From the NCBI GenBank assembly GCA_037142615.1, contig JBAXAI010000031.1:1-43538 (forward strand): DNA of 43,538 bases, read 5' to 3'. The translations under genes and the position numbers were made by a program. The stretch is from Spirochaetales bacterium (GTDB taxonomy: Bacteria > Spirochaetota > Spirochaetia > JABEVK01). The notes under the pieces are model-generated. The model was not told where the DNA came from and ran no database searches. It worked only from the letters and a program-made list of their open reading frames with translations. Of the stretch, positions 1 to 10,988 are shown one piece after another; within the stretch, counting starts at the first letter, position 1; every line of letters starts with the position of its first letter.

Positions 1-131
1 GTGGACTTGCCCGCACCGTTGGGGCCGATGAACCCGAACACCTCGCCGGCTTCGACCGAAAAACTGACGTCGACGACGCCTCTGGCCTTGCCGTACAGCT
101 TGGTCAGATGCTGGATCTCGATAACACTCAT
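1..131 (-). CDS. ABC transporter ATP-binding protein, N-terminal part (runs off window edge)
   Basis: Manual translation MSVIEIQHLTKLYGKARGVVDVSFSVEAGEVFGFIGPNGAGKS with Walker A GPNGAGKS; ATG overlaps the tetR stop (ATGA). Not in the ORF track. Confidence 0.9.
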   Translation of the reverse strand, partial: MSVIEIQHLTKLYGKARGVVDVSFSVEAGEVFGFIGPNGAGKS

Positions 132-853
132 GCGTTTCCTCCTGGAAAGAGCGGGGCCAAGAGCCCCCTGACGTTGACCGATGTGTAAATGGGAAGGCTG
201 CCGGGCGCGGCTCCGAGCACCCGCTCGACGGCTTCCTCGAGGGTTTCGTAAATGGACATAAGCCGGTCCATGGCAGCTTCCGACTCGGCACGAACCTGGG
301 CCTCGAGCGCGGTGACAAAGCAGTCGGAGATGGCGTCTTGAAAGCTCATGATGGTGGTGAGCATAAGGCTGACGGCCCACTCGGGGTGCTTGACGTGGAA
401 CACCCCTTCGGCGATGCCTTGCAGTACCACAGGCGTGTACACGGGGCGGATGCGGTCGTGAAGTATCGTGTTCAGGCAGTCCTGCAGGGGGCGGTTGGCC
501 TGCGTGCGCATTTGACGGACGATCACCACCAACTCGGGTCCCATTTGGCCTGCTTTGATCGCCCCTGCAGACTTGCTGATGCTCAGGATCTTTTCGATCA
601 CGCCTAGGTTAGGGTCGGCGACAAGGGGCATGACGCCCGCCAGCACCTGCTCGGTCATCCCGTTCACCAGCGACACCAGCATCGCGTCTTTGCTGGCAAA
701 ATGGTGGTAGAACGTGCCCTTGGCGATGCCCACGGCGTCGATGATGGCCTGCACCGGTGTGTTGTCGTACCCCTTTTGGAGGAAGAGGGCAAACGAGGCC
801 CGGAGGATTTTGTCGCGGGTCTTTTGGTCGTCCAGAACACTGGGTTCACTCAT
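128..853 (-). CDS. TetR/AcrR family transcriptional regulator
   Basis: N-terminal HTH ILRASFALFLQKGYDNTPVQAIIDAVGIAKGTFYHHFASKD. Confidence 0.95.
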   Translation of the reverse strand: MSEPSVLDDQKTRDKILRASFALFLQKGYDNTPVQAIIDAVGIAKGTFYHHFASKDAMLVSLVNGMTEQVLAGVMPLVADPNLGVIEKILSISKSAGAIKAGQMGPELVVIVRQMRTQANRPLQDCLNTILHDRIRPVYTPVVLQGIAEGVFHVKHPEWAVSLMLTTIMSFQDAISDCFVTALEAQVRAESEAAMDRLMSIYETLEEAVERVLGAAPGSLPIYTSVNVRGLLAPLFPGGNA

Positions 854-860
854 GGCTTTC

Positions 861-887
861 GAAACCGACCGACCGTCGGTCGGTTTC
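861..887. promoter_or_regulatory. Perfect 13-bp inverted repeat, probable TetR operator
   Basis: GAAACCGACCGAC-C-GTCGGTCGGTTTC between the predicted tetR -10 box and the tetR ATG. Confidence 0.8.
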
Positions 888-891
888 TTTT

Positions 892-920
892 AGACTAGAC
901 CCGGCTTGCCGTAATGTCAA
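892..920 (-). promoter_or_regulatory. Sigma70-type promoter of the tetR-ABC operon
   Basis: Minus strand TTGACA (920-915) - 17 bp - TAGTCT (897-892). Confidence 0.75.
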
Positions 921-952
921 GAAGCGCATTACCTTGCCCGTACGGAGTCCCT

Positions 953-2716
953 ATGAACCACGCTTTGCGAAGCTTATTTTTCTCTGTGCTGCTCTTGGGC
1001 CTCGCGGGTCCGGGCTGGTCGGCCCCTGCCCCGTCCACCGAAGGCAAGCGCTTTGCGCTTCTGATCGGTAATTCCGACTACGGCACGCTGGGCCAGCTCA
1101 AGAATCCGGCCAACGACGCCGCCGACATGGGCAAGGCCCTTGCCGGGCTGGGGTTCCAGACCACGGTGCTGGTCAACGCCGAGCTTCCTGCCATGGAAGA
1201 TGCCGTTGTGAAGCTTTCGGCTCTCCTTTCGGCCGACAAGGCGAGCACGGGCTTCTTCTTCTATGCCGGGCATGGCGTGCAGTCGGCGGGGGTCAACTAC
1301 CTGCTGCCCGCGCGCGTCGAAATCCCTGCCGAGGCCTTCCTCAAGACGAAGGCCCTGTCGGCCCAGTCGGTCCTGGACCTGCTGCAGAGCTCGGGCAACG
1401 GGCTCAATGTGATCGTACTCGACGCGTGCCGCGACAATCCGTTCGGGTGGAGCCGCAGCACGACCCGGGGCCTGAGCGTCGTGGGCACCCAGCCGCCGGG
1501 TTCGCTCATCGCCTACGCGACAAGCGCGGGCAGCACCGCGCAAGACGGCACTGGCCGCAACGGCGTGTTCACCGGCGAACTGCTCAAGCATCTGGCCACT
1601 CCCGGCCTCGACGTCAAGAAGGTGTTCGACCTGACGGGGGGAGGGGTCATGACGGCCACCGCCAACAAACAGGTGCCCGCGATCTACTCGCAGTACTTTG
1701 GCGATTACTACCTGGCCGGAGCACCGGCCGCCACACCGGTGGCCGAAATACCCGTGGTTCCGGCAGCCGTTCGCGAAGCTCCCCCGACTTCCGAGGCCTC
1801 CGTGTTGCCCCCGGCGGTCACCAACCCCGCTTACGCGGTCTGGAGCTGGTTACGGACCCGGCCCGACAGCCGAGGCCTGACCTTCCTTCCTAAAGGAGCC
1901 GAAGACACCGGGGAATCCCGCACGGTGGACGGACGCGCGGCCTGGGTCGTGACAGGCACGCCTTTGCGAAAGGACGGGTTCGCGCTGTTGTACTTCGACA
2001 TCGACGACACGGCGTTCGTGAACGACGGCGCGCCGAGCGTCGAGGTGACGGTGGAGTACTACGACGACCGGGGAACAGCCAACGTGGGTGCGGCCTTCCA
2101 CCTCGAGTACTCGTCGGCGGGGAGGCACCTCAAGGGCGGCGAAAAGGCGGGCTTTGAACCCACAAAAGACCAGGTGGTCGGGAAGAGCAAGACGTGGCGC
2201 CAAGTGACATGGAAGCTCGACGACGCCCGCTTTAACCGGGCCACCAACAAGCACGACTTCCGGCTTTCGGTCAGCCCAGGGCTCCCGCTGGCGCTCGCCT
2301 CGGTCACCATCACCAGGCCCGATCCTCTGGCACGACTGGGCGGGGTTTGGTACTTCCAGGGCACGGGTGCCGGCGGAGGGAAAGGACCGGGAAACCAGCA
2401 GGATACCCGGCTGGTGGTAGACGCCACAGCGGGCACCTATAGTTTTTACCACTACGAAAGTCCCGCGACCTTCAAGAGTTGGCGCAAGGATGTGCAGGGT
2501 GGAACCGAGACCGTAGCGGACATCGACGACGTGGCCCTCGTCTCGACGCTGACCCGGACGCCCGACGTCCCCTGGGGAACGGCCCAGGTAGGTTCGCAGA
2601 CGCGGATGTTGTACCGCTTCGAAGGCGAGGAGCTGCAATTGTGGTGGGACTGGGGCGACCTGCCCGACCCCTACGACTGGACGGACTACGTCAGCTACAA
2701 GCGCACCCGCCCGTAG
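953..2716 (+). CDS. Exported caspase-family (peptidase C14) protein with C-terminal beta-rich, possibly carbohydrate-binding domains
   Basis: Signal peptide MNHALRSLFFSVLLLGLAGPGWSA; motifs ALLIGNSDY, LKNPANDA, FYAGHG (His) and LDACRDNP (Cys); GGAG before ATG 953. Confidence 0.85.
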   Translation: MNHALRSLFFSVLLLGLAGPGWSAPAPSTEGKRFALLIGNSDYGTLGQLKNPANDAADMGKALAGLGFQTTVLVNAELPAMEDAVVKLSALLSADKASTGFFFYAGHGVQSAGVNYLLPARVEIPAEAFLKTKALSAQSVLDLLQSSGNGLNVIVLDACRDNPFGWSRSTTRGLSVVGTQPPGSLIAYATSAGSTAQDGTGRNGVFTGELLKHLATPGLDVKKVFDLTGGGVMTATANKQVPAIYSQYFGDYYLAGAPAATPVAEIPVVPAAVREAPPTSEASVLPPAVTNPAYAVWSWLRTRPDSRGLTFLPKGAEDTGESRTVDGRAAWVVTGTPLRKDGFALLYFDIDDTAFVNDGAPSVEVTVEYYDDRGTANVGAAFHLEYSSAGRHLKGGEKAGFEPTKDQVVGKSKTWRQVTWKLDDARFNRATNKHDFRLSVSPGLPLALASVTITRPDPLARLGGVWYFQGTGAGGGKGPGNQQDTRLVVDATAGTYSFYHYESPATFKSWRKDVQGGTETVADIDDVALVSTLTRTPDVPWGTAQVGSQTRMLYRFEGEELQLWWDWGDLPDPYDWTDYVSYKRTRP

Positions 2717-2730
2717 CCTGGGCCTCCGGT

Positions 2731-3435
2731 TCAGCTCAGCGCGGCGGCAAACCCGACTTCGACCATTTTGCCAAAGCTGAGCTGGCGCTCCTCGCTGGTC
2801 GTCTCTTCGTGGGTTACCAGGTGGTCGCTGACGGTGAGCACGGTGAGGGCCCTGGCGCCGTACTGGGCCGCCAGCGTGTAGAGTTCGGCGGTTTCCATTT
2901 CGATGCCGATGCAGCCGTACTGGGCCCACAGCTTCCAACCCTCGGGGTCGGGGGTATAGAACGAGTCGCTGGTGACGATTTTGCCCACGTGCACGGGAAT
3001 CTTGCGTTCAACCGCCGTTTCGTAGGCCTTTTTGAGCAACAGGAAGTCGGGCGCGGCGGCGTAGTCCATGCCCCGGAACCGCTGCTTGTTCACCGCCGAA
3101 TCGGTGCTGGCCGAAAGGCCCAGAATGAGGTCGCGAACCTTGACCTTGTCGGTGATGCCGCCACAGGTACCCACCCGGACCAGCGTTTTGACGCAGTAGT
3201 CGCGGATCAGTTCGTTGACGTAGATGCTCAGCGAAGGCTGGCCCATGCCGGTGCCCATCACCGAAACCCGCTTTCCTTGGTAGGTGCCGGTGAACCCCAG
3301 CATGCCGCGAACTTGGTTGAAGCAGACGGCGTCCTTCAGGTAGGTCTCGGCGATGAACTTCGCGCGCAGCGGATCGCCGGGCAAAAGAATGGCGTCGGCG
3401 ATGTCACCGACGGAGGCAGAAATGTGAATGCTCAT
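2731..3435 (-). CDS. deoD: Purine nucleoside phosphorylase DeoD
   Basis: [47 protein letters not shown]; start moved to ATG 3435. Confidence 0.95.
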   Translation of the reverse strand: MSIHISASVGDIADAILLPGDPLRAKFIAETYLKDAVCFNQVRGMLGFTGTYQGKRVSVMGTGMGQPSLSIYVNELIRDYCVKTLVRVGTCGGITDKVKVRDLILGLSASTDSAVNKQRFRGMDYAAAPDFLLLKKAYETAVERKIPVHVGKIVTSDSFYTPDPEGWKLWAQYGCIGIEMETAELYTLAAQYGARALTVLTVSDHLVTHEETTSEERQLSFGKMVEVGFAAALS

Positions 3436-3449
3436 GGTATAAGTGTAGC

Positions 3450-5315
3450 ATGAAAGCACGCGAAGACATCCTGGAAACTCACCACGAACTCCTTCGGGAG
3501 GGCCTGCGAAGCACCTTCGGAACCCTCGATGCGGCGATGTTCCAACTTCTGCTTCCGCTGGTGCAGTGGGTGGAACTCAACGCAGGCGATGTGTTGTTCG
3601 AGCAGAACAGCACCGATGAAAGCATCTACTTCGTGGTGAGCGGACGCCTGCGGGCCGGCACGCGGGGCCTCGACGGCGTGGTCCGCTCGCTCGGCGACAT
3701 CGCGCGGGGCGAAACCATCGGCGAAATGGCCTTTTTCACCGGCGAGGCCCGCATGGCCACCGTCACGGCGGTCCGCGACAGCATTCTGGCCCACTTCAGC
3801 AAGCAGGCTTTCCAGACCTTGCTCGAGGCCTACCCCAGCATCAGCCTGAGCATGATGCGTCTGGTGATCGGGCGCCACAAGCGTTCGTCGCTGAGCCAGA
3901 AACCCGTGTCGAAGTCGGTTTCACTGGGGTTGGCGGCCATTACCGGAGGTCTGGATCTCGGTAGGCTTGTAGCACAACTGGAACGAAGCCTGGCCCCCTT
4001 CGGACCAACCAAGGTGGTGACCTCGGCCGATATCGAGGCCAAACTGGGTTCCGAGCCTTCGGTGGCCGGCGTGTCGCGCCTCCTCGATCGCTTCGAGGCC
4101 GAGTTCCCGGTGGTGCTGTTGGTCGCCGACTCCACGCCGAGCCTGTGGACGGCGCGCTGTCTGCGTCATTGCGACGACGTGTTGCTGTTTGCCGATGCCG
4201 ACGCAGCCCCTGCCCTTCACCCCATCGAGATCGAGGCGCTGGCCAATCAGGCCGGCCGCGAAAGCCAGATCACGCGGCATTTGGTGCTGTTGCACCCCGA
4301 CGACCGCCTGACGCCGCTGGGAACCCGCCTTTGGCTGAAAGACCGCCCGGTCGACCACCACGTGCACGTGCGCCGTGGGAACGTCAAAGACTGGAACCGA
4401 CTGGCCCGCGTGGTAAGTGGACGCGCCATCGGGCTCGTGCTCGCTGGCGGAGGCGCCCGCGGTCTGGCGCACCTGGGCGTGATGAAGGCCCTTCAAAACG
4501 AGGGAATCGAGTTCGACCTGGTGGGAGGCACCAGCATCGGTGCGGTGATGGCCGCGCTGGCCGCCATGGACCTGACGGCCGACCAGATGATTGCTCAGGG
4601 GGCGCGGGCTTTTGGAACCAACCCGACCGGCGATCTCAACTGGCTGCCGCTCTACAGCCTGATGAAGGGCAAGCGCCTCAAGCAAGCGATCGACAGCGCG
4701 ATTTTCGAGAGCCGAGGCCAGCAAATCGATGTCGAAGACCTGTGGAAGGGCTTCTTTTGCATCAGCAGCAACTACTCGGCCGCTTCGGAGTCGATCCTCG
4801 ATTCGGGACCGCTGGGGCGGATGGTGAGGGCCAGCGTGTCGATTCCCGGGGCCCTGCCACCGGTGGTGCTCGGCGGCGACCTGCACGTCGACGGCGGCGC
4901 GTTCAACAACTTCCCGGTCGATGTGATGTACCGGCGAGGCGCGGCCGTCGTGATTGGGGTCAGTCTTCCCCGCGAGGTGACGCCCAAAATTGAGCTCGAC
5001 GAGGTGCCCAGCCTGTGGCAGACGCTCGTGGGGGCGTTTCGCGGCCTCAAGAGCGAACTCCCCTCGCTCACCACCGTGCTGTTCAACGCGGCGATGATCA
5101 ACAGCCTCGCCCGTCAGTCGCAAGCCCGAGGCCAGATCGACCTGTGGTTTCAGCCGCCGGTGCTTGAGTTCGACATCCTCGACTGGAAGCGCTTCGACGA
5201 GCTCGTCGCCAACGGACTCGCGCACGGTCAGGAAGTGTTGGCCGGCTTGAGCGAGCCGCTGCGCCGCAAGCTACAGGGTCAGAGCATCGGCGATGCGAAG
5301 GCCGTCGACCGCTGA
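3450..5315 (+). CDS. Cyclic nucleotide-binding patatin-like phospholipase (NTE family)
   Basis: cNMP domain ([19 protein letters not shown]); patatin GGGARG, GTSIG and DGG motifs. Confidence 0.92.
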   Translation: MKAREDILETHHELLREGLRSTFGTLDAAMFQLLLPLVQWVELNAGDVLFEQNSTDESIYFVVSGRLRAGTRGLDGVVRSLGDIARGETIGEMAFFTGEARMATVTAVRDSILAHFSKQAFQTLLEAYPSISLSMMRLVIGRHKRSSLSQKPVSKSVSLGLAAITGGLDLGRLVAQLERSLAPFGPTKVVTSADIEAKLGSEPSVAGVSRLLDRFEAEFPVVLLVADSTPSLWTARCLRHCDDVLLFADADAAPALHPIEIEALANQAGRESQITRHLVLLHPDDRLTPLGTRLWLKDRPVDHHVHVRRGNVKDWNRLARVVSGRAIGLVLAGGGARGLAHLGVMKALQNEGIEFDLVGGTSIGAVMAALAAMDLTADQMIAQGARAFGTNPTGDLNWLPLYSLMKGKRLKQAIDSAIFESRGQQIDVEDLWKGFFCISSNYSAASESILDSGPLGRMVRASVSIPGALPPVVLGGDLHVDGGAFNNFPVDVMYRRGAAVVIGVSLPREVTPKIELDEVPSLWQTLVGAFRGLKSELPSLTTVLFNAAMINSLARQSQARGQIDLWFQPPVLEFDILDWKRFDELVANGLAHGQEVLAGLSEPLRRKLQGQSIGDAKAVDR

Positions 5316-6842
5316 GCTGATAATGCCGCCAGCGTAGCCTGCCCCCTCGCCCGCCGGGTACAACCCGCGCAGTGAAGGCGACTGGAAGTCCTCGCCACGA
5401 AGAATGCGCACCGGTGACGAGGTGCGGGTTTCGACCCCGATCAGCGTGCCCTCGTCGATAAAACCGGGAATCTTGCGGTCAAAATCGGCCAACGCGAGGG
5501 CAAGTTCCGAAGCGACGAACGGAGGCAGAACCGCCCGGAAATCCGCCGCGACGACGCGAGGGGCGTAGCTCAGCGCCCGGCCCAAAAGCGACGGCTTGCC
5601 CGACAAGAACCCCCTGGCCGAGCAGCCCGGCGCTGTTTGACCGCCGCCGCCGGCCACAAAGGCCGCCCTTTCCAACGACCGCTGAAACTCCAGCCCGCCC
5701 AGCTGGCCCTCAGGCCCATCGGTGACGTTCACCTGCGTCACCACGGCCGAGTTCGACCAGGCCAGATCGCGGCGGCTGTAGCTCATGCCGTTGACGCAAA
5801 GCAAGTTATTCTCGGAGCTGGAATTGACAACCTCGCCACCCGGACACATGCAAAAGCTGTAGGTGCCCCGGTTGGTCGCAGGGTTTGTCCACGCCAGCCG
5901 GTAGTCGGCGGCCGGCAGCAGGTTGGCGCTGCGCCCGTACTGCGCTCGGCCGATGAACTCGGCGGGGTGCTCGATGCGCACGCCCACGGCAAAGCCCTTG
6001 CGTTCCAGCGCGACCAGCGGCGATCCGGTGCCCGCGCCAGCCAGCAACTCGTACAGCGCGCGCGACGAATGCCCGGTGGCCAGCACGACGGCTTCGGCGG
6101 CGAACTCGTCACCGCGCGCGGTACGCACACCGGCCACGCGCCGGTCGGGGCCTGAACCTTGAGTGACCAACTCCACGACCTTTTGGCCAAACAGCACGCG
6201 GGTTCCCTGCGACTCCAGCTTGAGTCGCATCGACGTCACCACCTTCGACAGCAAGTCTGTCCCCACGTGGGGCTTGGCCTCGTACAAAATGGCCTCGGGC
6301 GCGCCGTGCTCCACCAAACGGTCAAAAACCCAACTGATACCGGGCTTGTGGATGCGGGTGGTCAGCTTGCCGTCGGAGTACGTGCCGGCGCCACCCTCGC
6401 CGAACACGACATTGCTGTCGGGGTCAAGCACACCTTCGGCCTTGAGGCGCTCGATATCGCGGTGACGCTCCTCGACGGCCTTGCCCTGTTCAAGCACGGT
6501 GCAGTTGACCCCGGCCTCGGCCAGCCGAAGGGCACACAGCAGCCCCGCCGGCCCCGAACCGACAATGACGACACTCGGTTTGTGGCGCGCGGGAGGCGTT
6601 ACGTCAGCCGACTCGGGCTGCCACACCGTGCCGCCGAGACTCAACAGGCGGGCCCTGTCGCGCTCGGGCGCCTCGAACACGGCGCGGTACTTGATCACCA
6701 GCCGGTCCTTTTTGCGCGCGTCGATGCTCCGCTTGAGGATGCGCACCAGAGTCAGCTCGCTGTGGTACTTCCTGGTCGCCAGGGAGGCCAGCCGTCCCTC
6801 CTCCTGCCCGGGGACCAGGTCGATTTCCAGAAGCACGGTCAT
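5271..6842 (-). CDS. NAD(P)/FAD-dependent oxidoreductase (uncharacterised flavoprotein family)
   Basis: GSGPAG Rossmann motif, [38 protein letters not shown]. Confidence 0.88.
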   Translation of the reverse strand: MTVLLEIDLVPGQEEGRLASLATRKYHSELTLVRILKRSIDARKKDRLVIKYRAVFEAPERDRARLLSLGGTVWQPESADVTPPARHKPSVVIVGSGPAGLLCALRLAEAGVNCTVLEQGKAVEERHRDIERLKAEGVLDPDSNVVFGEGGAGTYSDGKLTTRIHKPGISWVFDRLVEHGAPEAILYEAKPHVGTDLLSKVVTSMRLKLESQGTRVLFGQKVVELVTQGSGPDRRVAGVRTARGDEFAAEAVVLATGHSSRALYELLAGAGTGSPLVALERKGFAVGVRIEHPAEFIGRAQYGRSANLLPAADYRLAWTNPATNRGTYSFCMCPGGEVVNSSSENNLLCVNGMSYSRRDLAWSNSAVVTQVNVTDGPEGQLGGLEFQRSLERAAFVAGGGGQTAPGCSARGFLSGKPSLLGRALSYAPRVVAADFRAVLPPFVASELALALADFDRKIPGFIDEGTLIGVETRTSSPVRILRGEDFQSPSLRGLYPAGEGAGYAGGIISSAVDGLRIADALTL

Positions 6843-9466
6843 GTTACTTTCCTCGGCAAATACACCGTAAACAACGCCCCCTGGCCAGGAGAGCTGCTGA
6901 GCTCAATTCGCCCGCCGTGCTGCTGCACGATGCCCTGAACAATGCTCAGGCCCAGGCCTGTGCCCTTGCCGATGGCCTTGGTCGTGAAGAACGGGTCAAA
7001 GACGCGCTCCTGCAACTCTGCCGGAATGCCGGGGCCATCGTCGGCAACGCAAAACCAAGCCTCCTGGCCGTGGGCTCCGACGGTCAGGGTAATGGTCCCG
7101 GGAGTCCCTGCGGTCACCAGAGCGTCGCGCGCGTTGCTCACCAGATTCACCACCACCTGTCCCAGTTGTCCGGGGTCCACCTCGACCTGAAGGCTCTGTT
7201 CGCCCAGGTCGCACACAAAACGAAGGGGGGGCTTCACCAGACTGGCCAACAAGGGTTCATCCTCGTGCAGGAGCTCCCCCAAGTTGACCACAGCCGTTGT
7301 AAGCCTCTGCTGGCGGCCTACCGCCAGCAGACTGCTGACAAGCTGAGCCGCACGTCGGCCCGAGATTTCGATCTTTTCGGCATAGACCCGGTTGCGGTCG
7401 CCGGGCTCCAGCTTCCGCAGGAGCATTTCATTGAACCCCAGCACCGAGGTGAGCAGGTTATTGAAGTCGTGGGCCACTCCCGCCGCAAGGGTGCCGATCG
7501 TCTCCATCTTCCCCGCCCTGGCCAGGAGCTCCTGCGCGGCCTTGCGCACGGTGATGTCCTCGTTGATCGAGATGAAATGGGAGATCTCTCCCGAAGGGTC
7601 AAGCACCGGTGAGATCGACACGAGCACCGTGTAAAGTTCCCCGTTCTTGCGGCGGTTGACGATTTCGCCTTGCCAATCGCGCCGGTTCCGAATCGCGGCC
7701 CCCAACTCGTGGTACACCGCTCTGCGGGTAAGCCCGGACTGGACAAAGCGGAGGTTCTTGCCGGGAACCTCGCTCGGAAGATACCCGCTGAGCACCGAGA
7801 ATCGGGGGTTGGCGTACTCGATGAGCCCCCGCGGGTCAGTGATCAACAACGCGACCGGTGAATGTTCCACGGCCTGAGAAAGGCGTACCAAAGTCTGCTG
7901 AGCGTCGCGCCGGCTCAGAATCATCCAAAACCCATCTGCCAGTGCCTGCAGTTCACTCGCGTCGTCCTCGGTATAGGGGGAGGCCTTTCCGACGACCGCA
8001 ATCAGGGACTCCACCCTCCCTTGTTCGAGGATGGGCACGACCAACAGCGAAGGCTCGATCAGCGGCCTGCGGGTCGCCACCACGGTGGCAAGTGCGGCCG
8101 TTTGCGTGGGCTTCAAGTCCACCAACGGGCTTTCCACGGGCCAAAGTTCGTTGCCGCCTTCGCAGGAGTGGAGCGCGAAGGTCTTCTGTTCGGCTGAGTG
8201 GAAGTACAGGTAACTGAGCTGACTGTCAGTGACCGAAAGGGCTCCCAGAAGAGCCTTTCGCAACAAGGCGCTCCGGTCGAGGAGGCCGTCCTGATTGGCT
8301 TCCAGCAGCAACTGTTGGCGCACCGTTGCCTGGTTGCGCCGGATCTCACCCCGCACGTGGTCGGTCACGTCAACGGTGACCACCATGAGCGAAACGATCC
8401 GGCCGTTCTCGTTCACGGGTCCCACGTGGTGTTCGTAATGCGAGCCAAGCGTCAGGTTCTTGCGATGCGACCGAAACAGGCTCGACTCGCCTTGTTCGAA
8501 CCCCTTTTGAAGGATCTGGTCCATCGCACCGTGCAACGAGGCTGGAAGGAACTCCTTCCAGGAGCGACCGACCGACCACGGGTTCGAGAACAGAGCGTGT
8601 TGCGCATTCACAAACTGGACCAGCCCGCTGCGGCCGAGCAAGGCAATGCCTACCGGAGCCCCGTCGACCAGACTGTTCCAGCGGGCCTCTGACTCGGTGA
8701 GGGTCTGGGCGATCAGCCTGCGCTGGGTGATGTCGAGATTGACGCCGGCCACACGACGAGGCAAGCCTCGAGTGTCACGTTCGGTGACCCTGCCTTTCCC
8801 GAGAATCCACCTCCAGCCGTTCTTCGCGGTCCGCATCCGGTATTCCAAGTGGAAATCGCTGTCTGGCGCCTGAAAAAAGGACCGGAAACCATCGGTGGTC
8901 GCCCGGATATCGTCGGGGTGGATCAGCGAAATCCAGGTTTCGTAGTCCATGGGAAAGGCCCCGGGCTCGTAGCCGAGCATTTCGTAATACCCGCGGGAAA
9001 AGAAGGTCTCGCCCGTGTCCCCGTCGTACGACCAGTAGGCAAAGTCCGACGTGTCGAGTGCCTCGGCGAACAGTTGGGCCTGCCGCTGTGCGGAGGCTTC
9101 CACGAGTCGCTCGACGGTGATGTTGGTCGCGGTCGCCAAAACAAGGCCCGGAACCGGCCCCAAGGGGGTCAGCGTGATCCGGTACACGTCGGCTTCCGGA
9201 GAGTGACCCCCGAGAGACCCCTCTTCGACCACAGTTTGCCCCCCCTGGACCTTGGCAAACAGCCGATGCGCCCTCGAGAGGTCGTCAGGCTGGCAAATAG
9301 ACTCGTCCAGAGTCATGCCAAGACACAAGTCGACGGCGTAAAGCCGGAGCAAAGCGGCGGCGTAAAGGTGATTGAAGGCAAGGTAGCGCAAGGAACTATC
9401 CAAAACAAAAGCCGGTGACAGTTCACGTTCCACCAGGGCCTGAAGAATCACCCCGAGGTCGTTCAC
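6839..9466 (-). CDS. Multi-PAS/GAF sensor histidine kinase
   Basis: PAS/PAC repeats, H-box [39 protein letters not shown]; GTG 9466 overlaps the fapA stop (GTGA). Confidence 0.9.
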   Translation of the reverse strand: MNDLGVILQALVERELSPAFVLDSSLRYLAFNHLYAAALLRLYAVDLCLGMTLDESICQPDDLSRAHRLFAKVQGGQTVVEEGSLGGHSPEADVYRITLTPLGPVPGLVLATATNITVERLVEASAQRQAQLFAEALDTSDFAYWSYDGDTGETFFSRGYYEMLGYEPGAFPMDYETWISLIHPDDIRATTDGFRSFFQAPDSDFHLEYRMRTAKNGWRWILGKGRVTERDTRGLPRRVAGVNLDITQRRLIAQTLTESEARWNSLVDGAPVGIALLGRSGLVQFVNAQHALFSNPWSVGRSWKEFLPASLHGAMDQILQKGFEQGESSLFRSHRKNLTLGSHYEHHVGPVNENGRIVSLMVVTVDVTDHVRGEIRRNQATVRQQLLLEANQDGLLDRSALLRKALLGALSVTDSQLSYLYFHSAEQKTFALHSCEGGNELWPVESPLVDLKPTQTAALATVVATRRPLIEPSLLVVPILEQGRVESLIAVVGKASPYTEDDASELQALADGFWMILSRRDAQQTLVRLSQAVEHSPVALLITDPRGLIEYANPRFSVLSGYLPSEVPGKNLRFVQSGLTRRAVYHELGAAIRNRRDWQGEIVNRRKNGELYTVLVSISPVLDPSGEISHFISINEDITVRKAAQELLARAGKMETIGTLAAGVAHDFNNLLTSVLGFNEMLLRKLEPGDRNRVYAEKIEISGRRAAQLVSSLLAVGRQQRLTTAVVNLGELLHEDEPLLASLVKPPLRFVCDLGEQSLQVEVDPGQLGQVVVNLVSNARDALVTAGTPGTITLTVGAHGQEAWFCVADDGPGIPAELQERVFDPFFTTKAIGKGTGLGLSIVQGIVQQHGGRIELSSSPGQGALFTVYLPRKVT

Positions 9467-10986
9467 AACGGAACGGCCCGCACCACGCCCCGGTGCTTGT
9501 CCAGGACGAACTTGACGTGGCTGACCGCTCGGCTCACCACATGGCTCACGTGGCAAATCTCGAGGTAGGTTCCCGCGTGAGCGGTGCCCCGTACGATGAT
9601 CTCGGCGTCTTCGTTGCGGTCGATGCGGGTGACCAGGCTGCGCGCCAGCTCATTCATCTTGAGGATCTGGCCCCGCACTTTGCTGCAGGCGGCGGCGATT
9701 TCGGCGGCCTGGTCCGGGTGGCGGGCCTTGGAGCTCTCGAGCGCCTTGAGCTTCTTGATCAAGGTGAGGCTTTGGTCGCGGGCCCACTCCACCTTGTCGA
9801 CCACCGAGAAGTCCATCCCGCACACCAGCTCGGCCTTGCCGCCGCGCTCACTTCCCACCTGGAACACGTCGATGCCCTGCTGGGCCTGGATCTTGCCGCC
9901 GATGATCAGGCCCTTTTCGCCCATCACCACGCGGTCGAGTGTTTGAATCCAGCTGTTGAGAGCGCTCGTTTGAATCGCAATTTCACCTCGGGCCAGCACA
10001 TAGACGTTCTCGAGGAACTTGGCCCGGATCCGCCCCTCGGCTTTGACCACCGAACCTTGGCGGCCGATGATACCGAAGGGCGTCACCACATCGGCTCCGC
10101 AGACAATCTCGGTGGCATCGATGACCCGGGTGGACATGACCGAACCACCGGCATGGATGTGGAACCCGGAGGCAATCTCGCCGGTGATGTGCACGTCGCC
10201 GGCAAAGTCGATATGGCCGGTGGTGTAGCCCACGCCCGAGTTCAATTCCAGCACCTTGTCGACCCAGAACTTGCCGGAAACAAACCGGAAACTGCCATCA
10301 CAGGCGGCCGACCAGCCTGCCTCACCGACATCGACATTTTCGCCGGGTATGAGCTGGTTGACGTTGGGGCGGGCAAAGTCGAGGTCTGTCCCCAGGACGG
10401 TACGGCCCAGCAGGCCTGCCTGAGCCGGAATACGCCGTGCCAGCAGGTCCTTGGCGTGTACCAGCACGAACGGGGACTGGGTCTTGAAGTCGAGGAAGAC
10501 CGCTTTTTCGTCGAGAGCCTGTTTGCGGACCAACAACTCGGGCAGGAGCTCACTGCGCTCGGGCAAAGCCGGCACGGGCCGGGTGCCTTGAGCCACCAGG
10601 ATGCCTTCCATCACCCGACGGCCTAGCGCGCAGTCGCGAACCGACGTTTCGATCACGTCAATCAGCCGGCCAGAAGTGATCTTCAGGCGGTCAAGCTGCG
10701 TCACAAAGGCTTCCATCGTCAGGGGCTTTCCTTCGCCGGCCGGCGGGTAAAAGTCAGCCCGGGCCTCCATGGCGTCGTCAGAAACAACGAGGTCGCAGGC
10801 ACCGTCGCGGGAATGCTCGGTCAGACTCTCCAGAGCTTGGGAGCCCGTTCGGCGAAGGTCCTCAGGGGCGGGACCGGTATCGACTTCGGCAAACAGGCGT
10901 TTGTCGGTCTCGGTTTCAATCGACGCGACAAGCTCTTCCACCTCTTGGAGAAAGCTGCCAATGCCAGACTCACGGAAACTCCGCAT
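9463..10986 (-). CDS. FapA/DUF342 family (flagellar assembly protein A-like) protein
   Basis: VSDDAMEA..PPAGEGKP, VAQG..P, GVGYTTGHIDFAGDVHITG, IIGGKIQA, AHAGTYLEI. Confidence 0.82.
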   Translation of the reverse strand: MRSFRESGIGSFLQEVEELVASIETETDKRLFAEVDTGPAPEDLRRTGSQALESLTEHSRDGACDLVVSDDAMEARADFYPPAGEGKPLTMEAFVTQLDRLKITSGRLIDVIETSVRDCALGRRVMEGILVAQGTRPVPALPERSELLPELLVRKQALDEKAVFLDFKTQSPFVLVHAKDLLARRIPAQAGLLGRTVLGTDLDFARPNVNQLIPGENVDVGEAGWSAACDGSFRFVSGKFWVDKVLELNSGVGYTTGHIDFAGDVHITGEIASGFHIHAGGSVMSTRVIDATEIVCGADVVTPFGIIGRQGSVVKAEGRIRAKFLENVYVLARGEIAIQTSALNSWIQTLDRVVMGEKGLIIGGKIQAQQGIDVFQVGSERGGKAELVCGMDFSVVDKVEWARDQSLTLIKKLKALESSKARHPDQAAEIAAACSKVRGQILKMNELARSLVTRIDRNEDAEIIVRGTAHAGTYLEICHVSHVVSRAVSHVKFVLDKHRGVVRAVPL

Positions 10987-10988
10987 AG

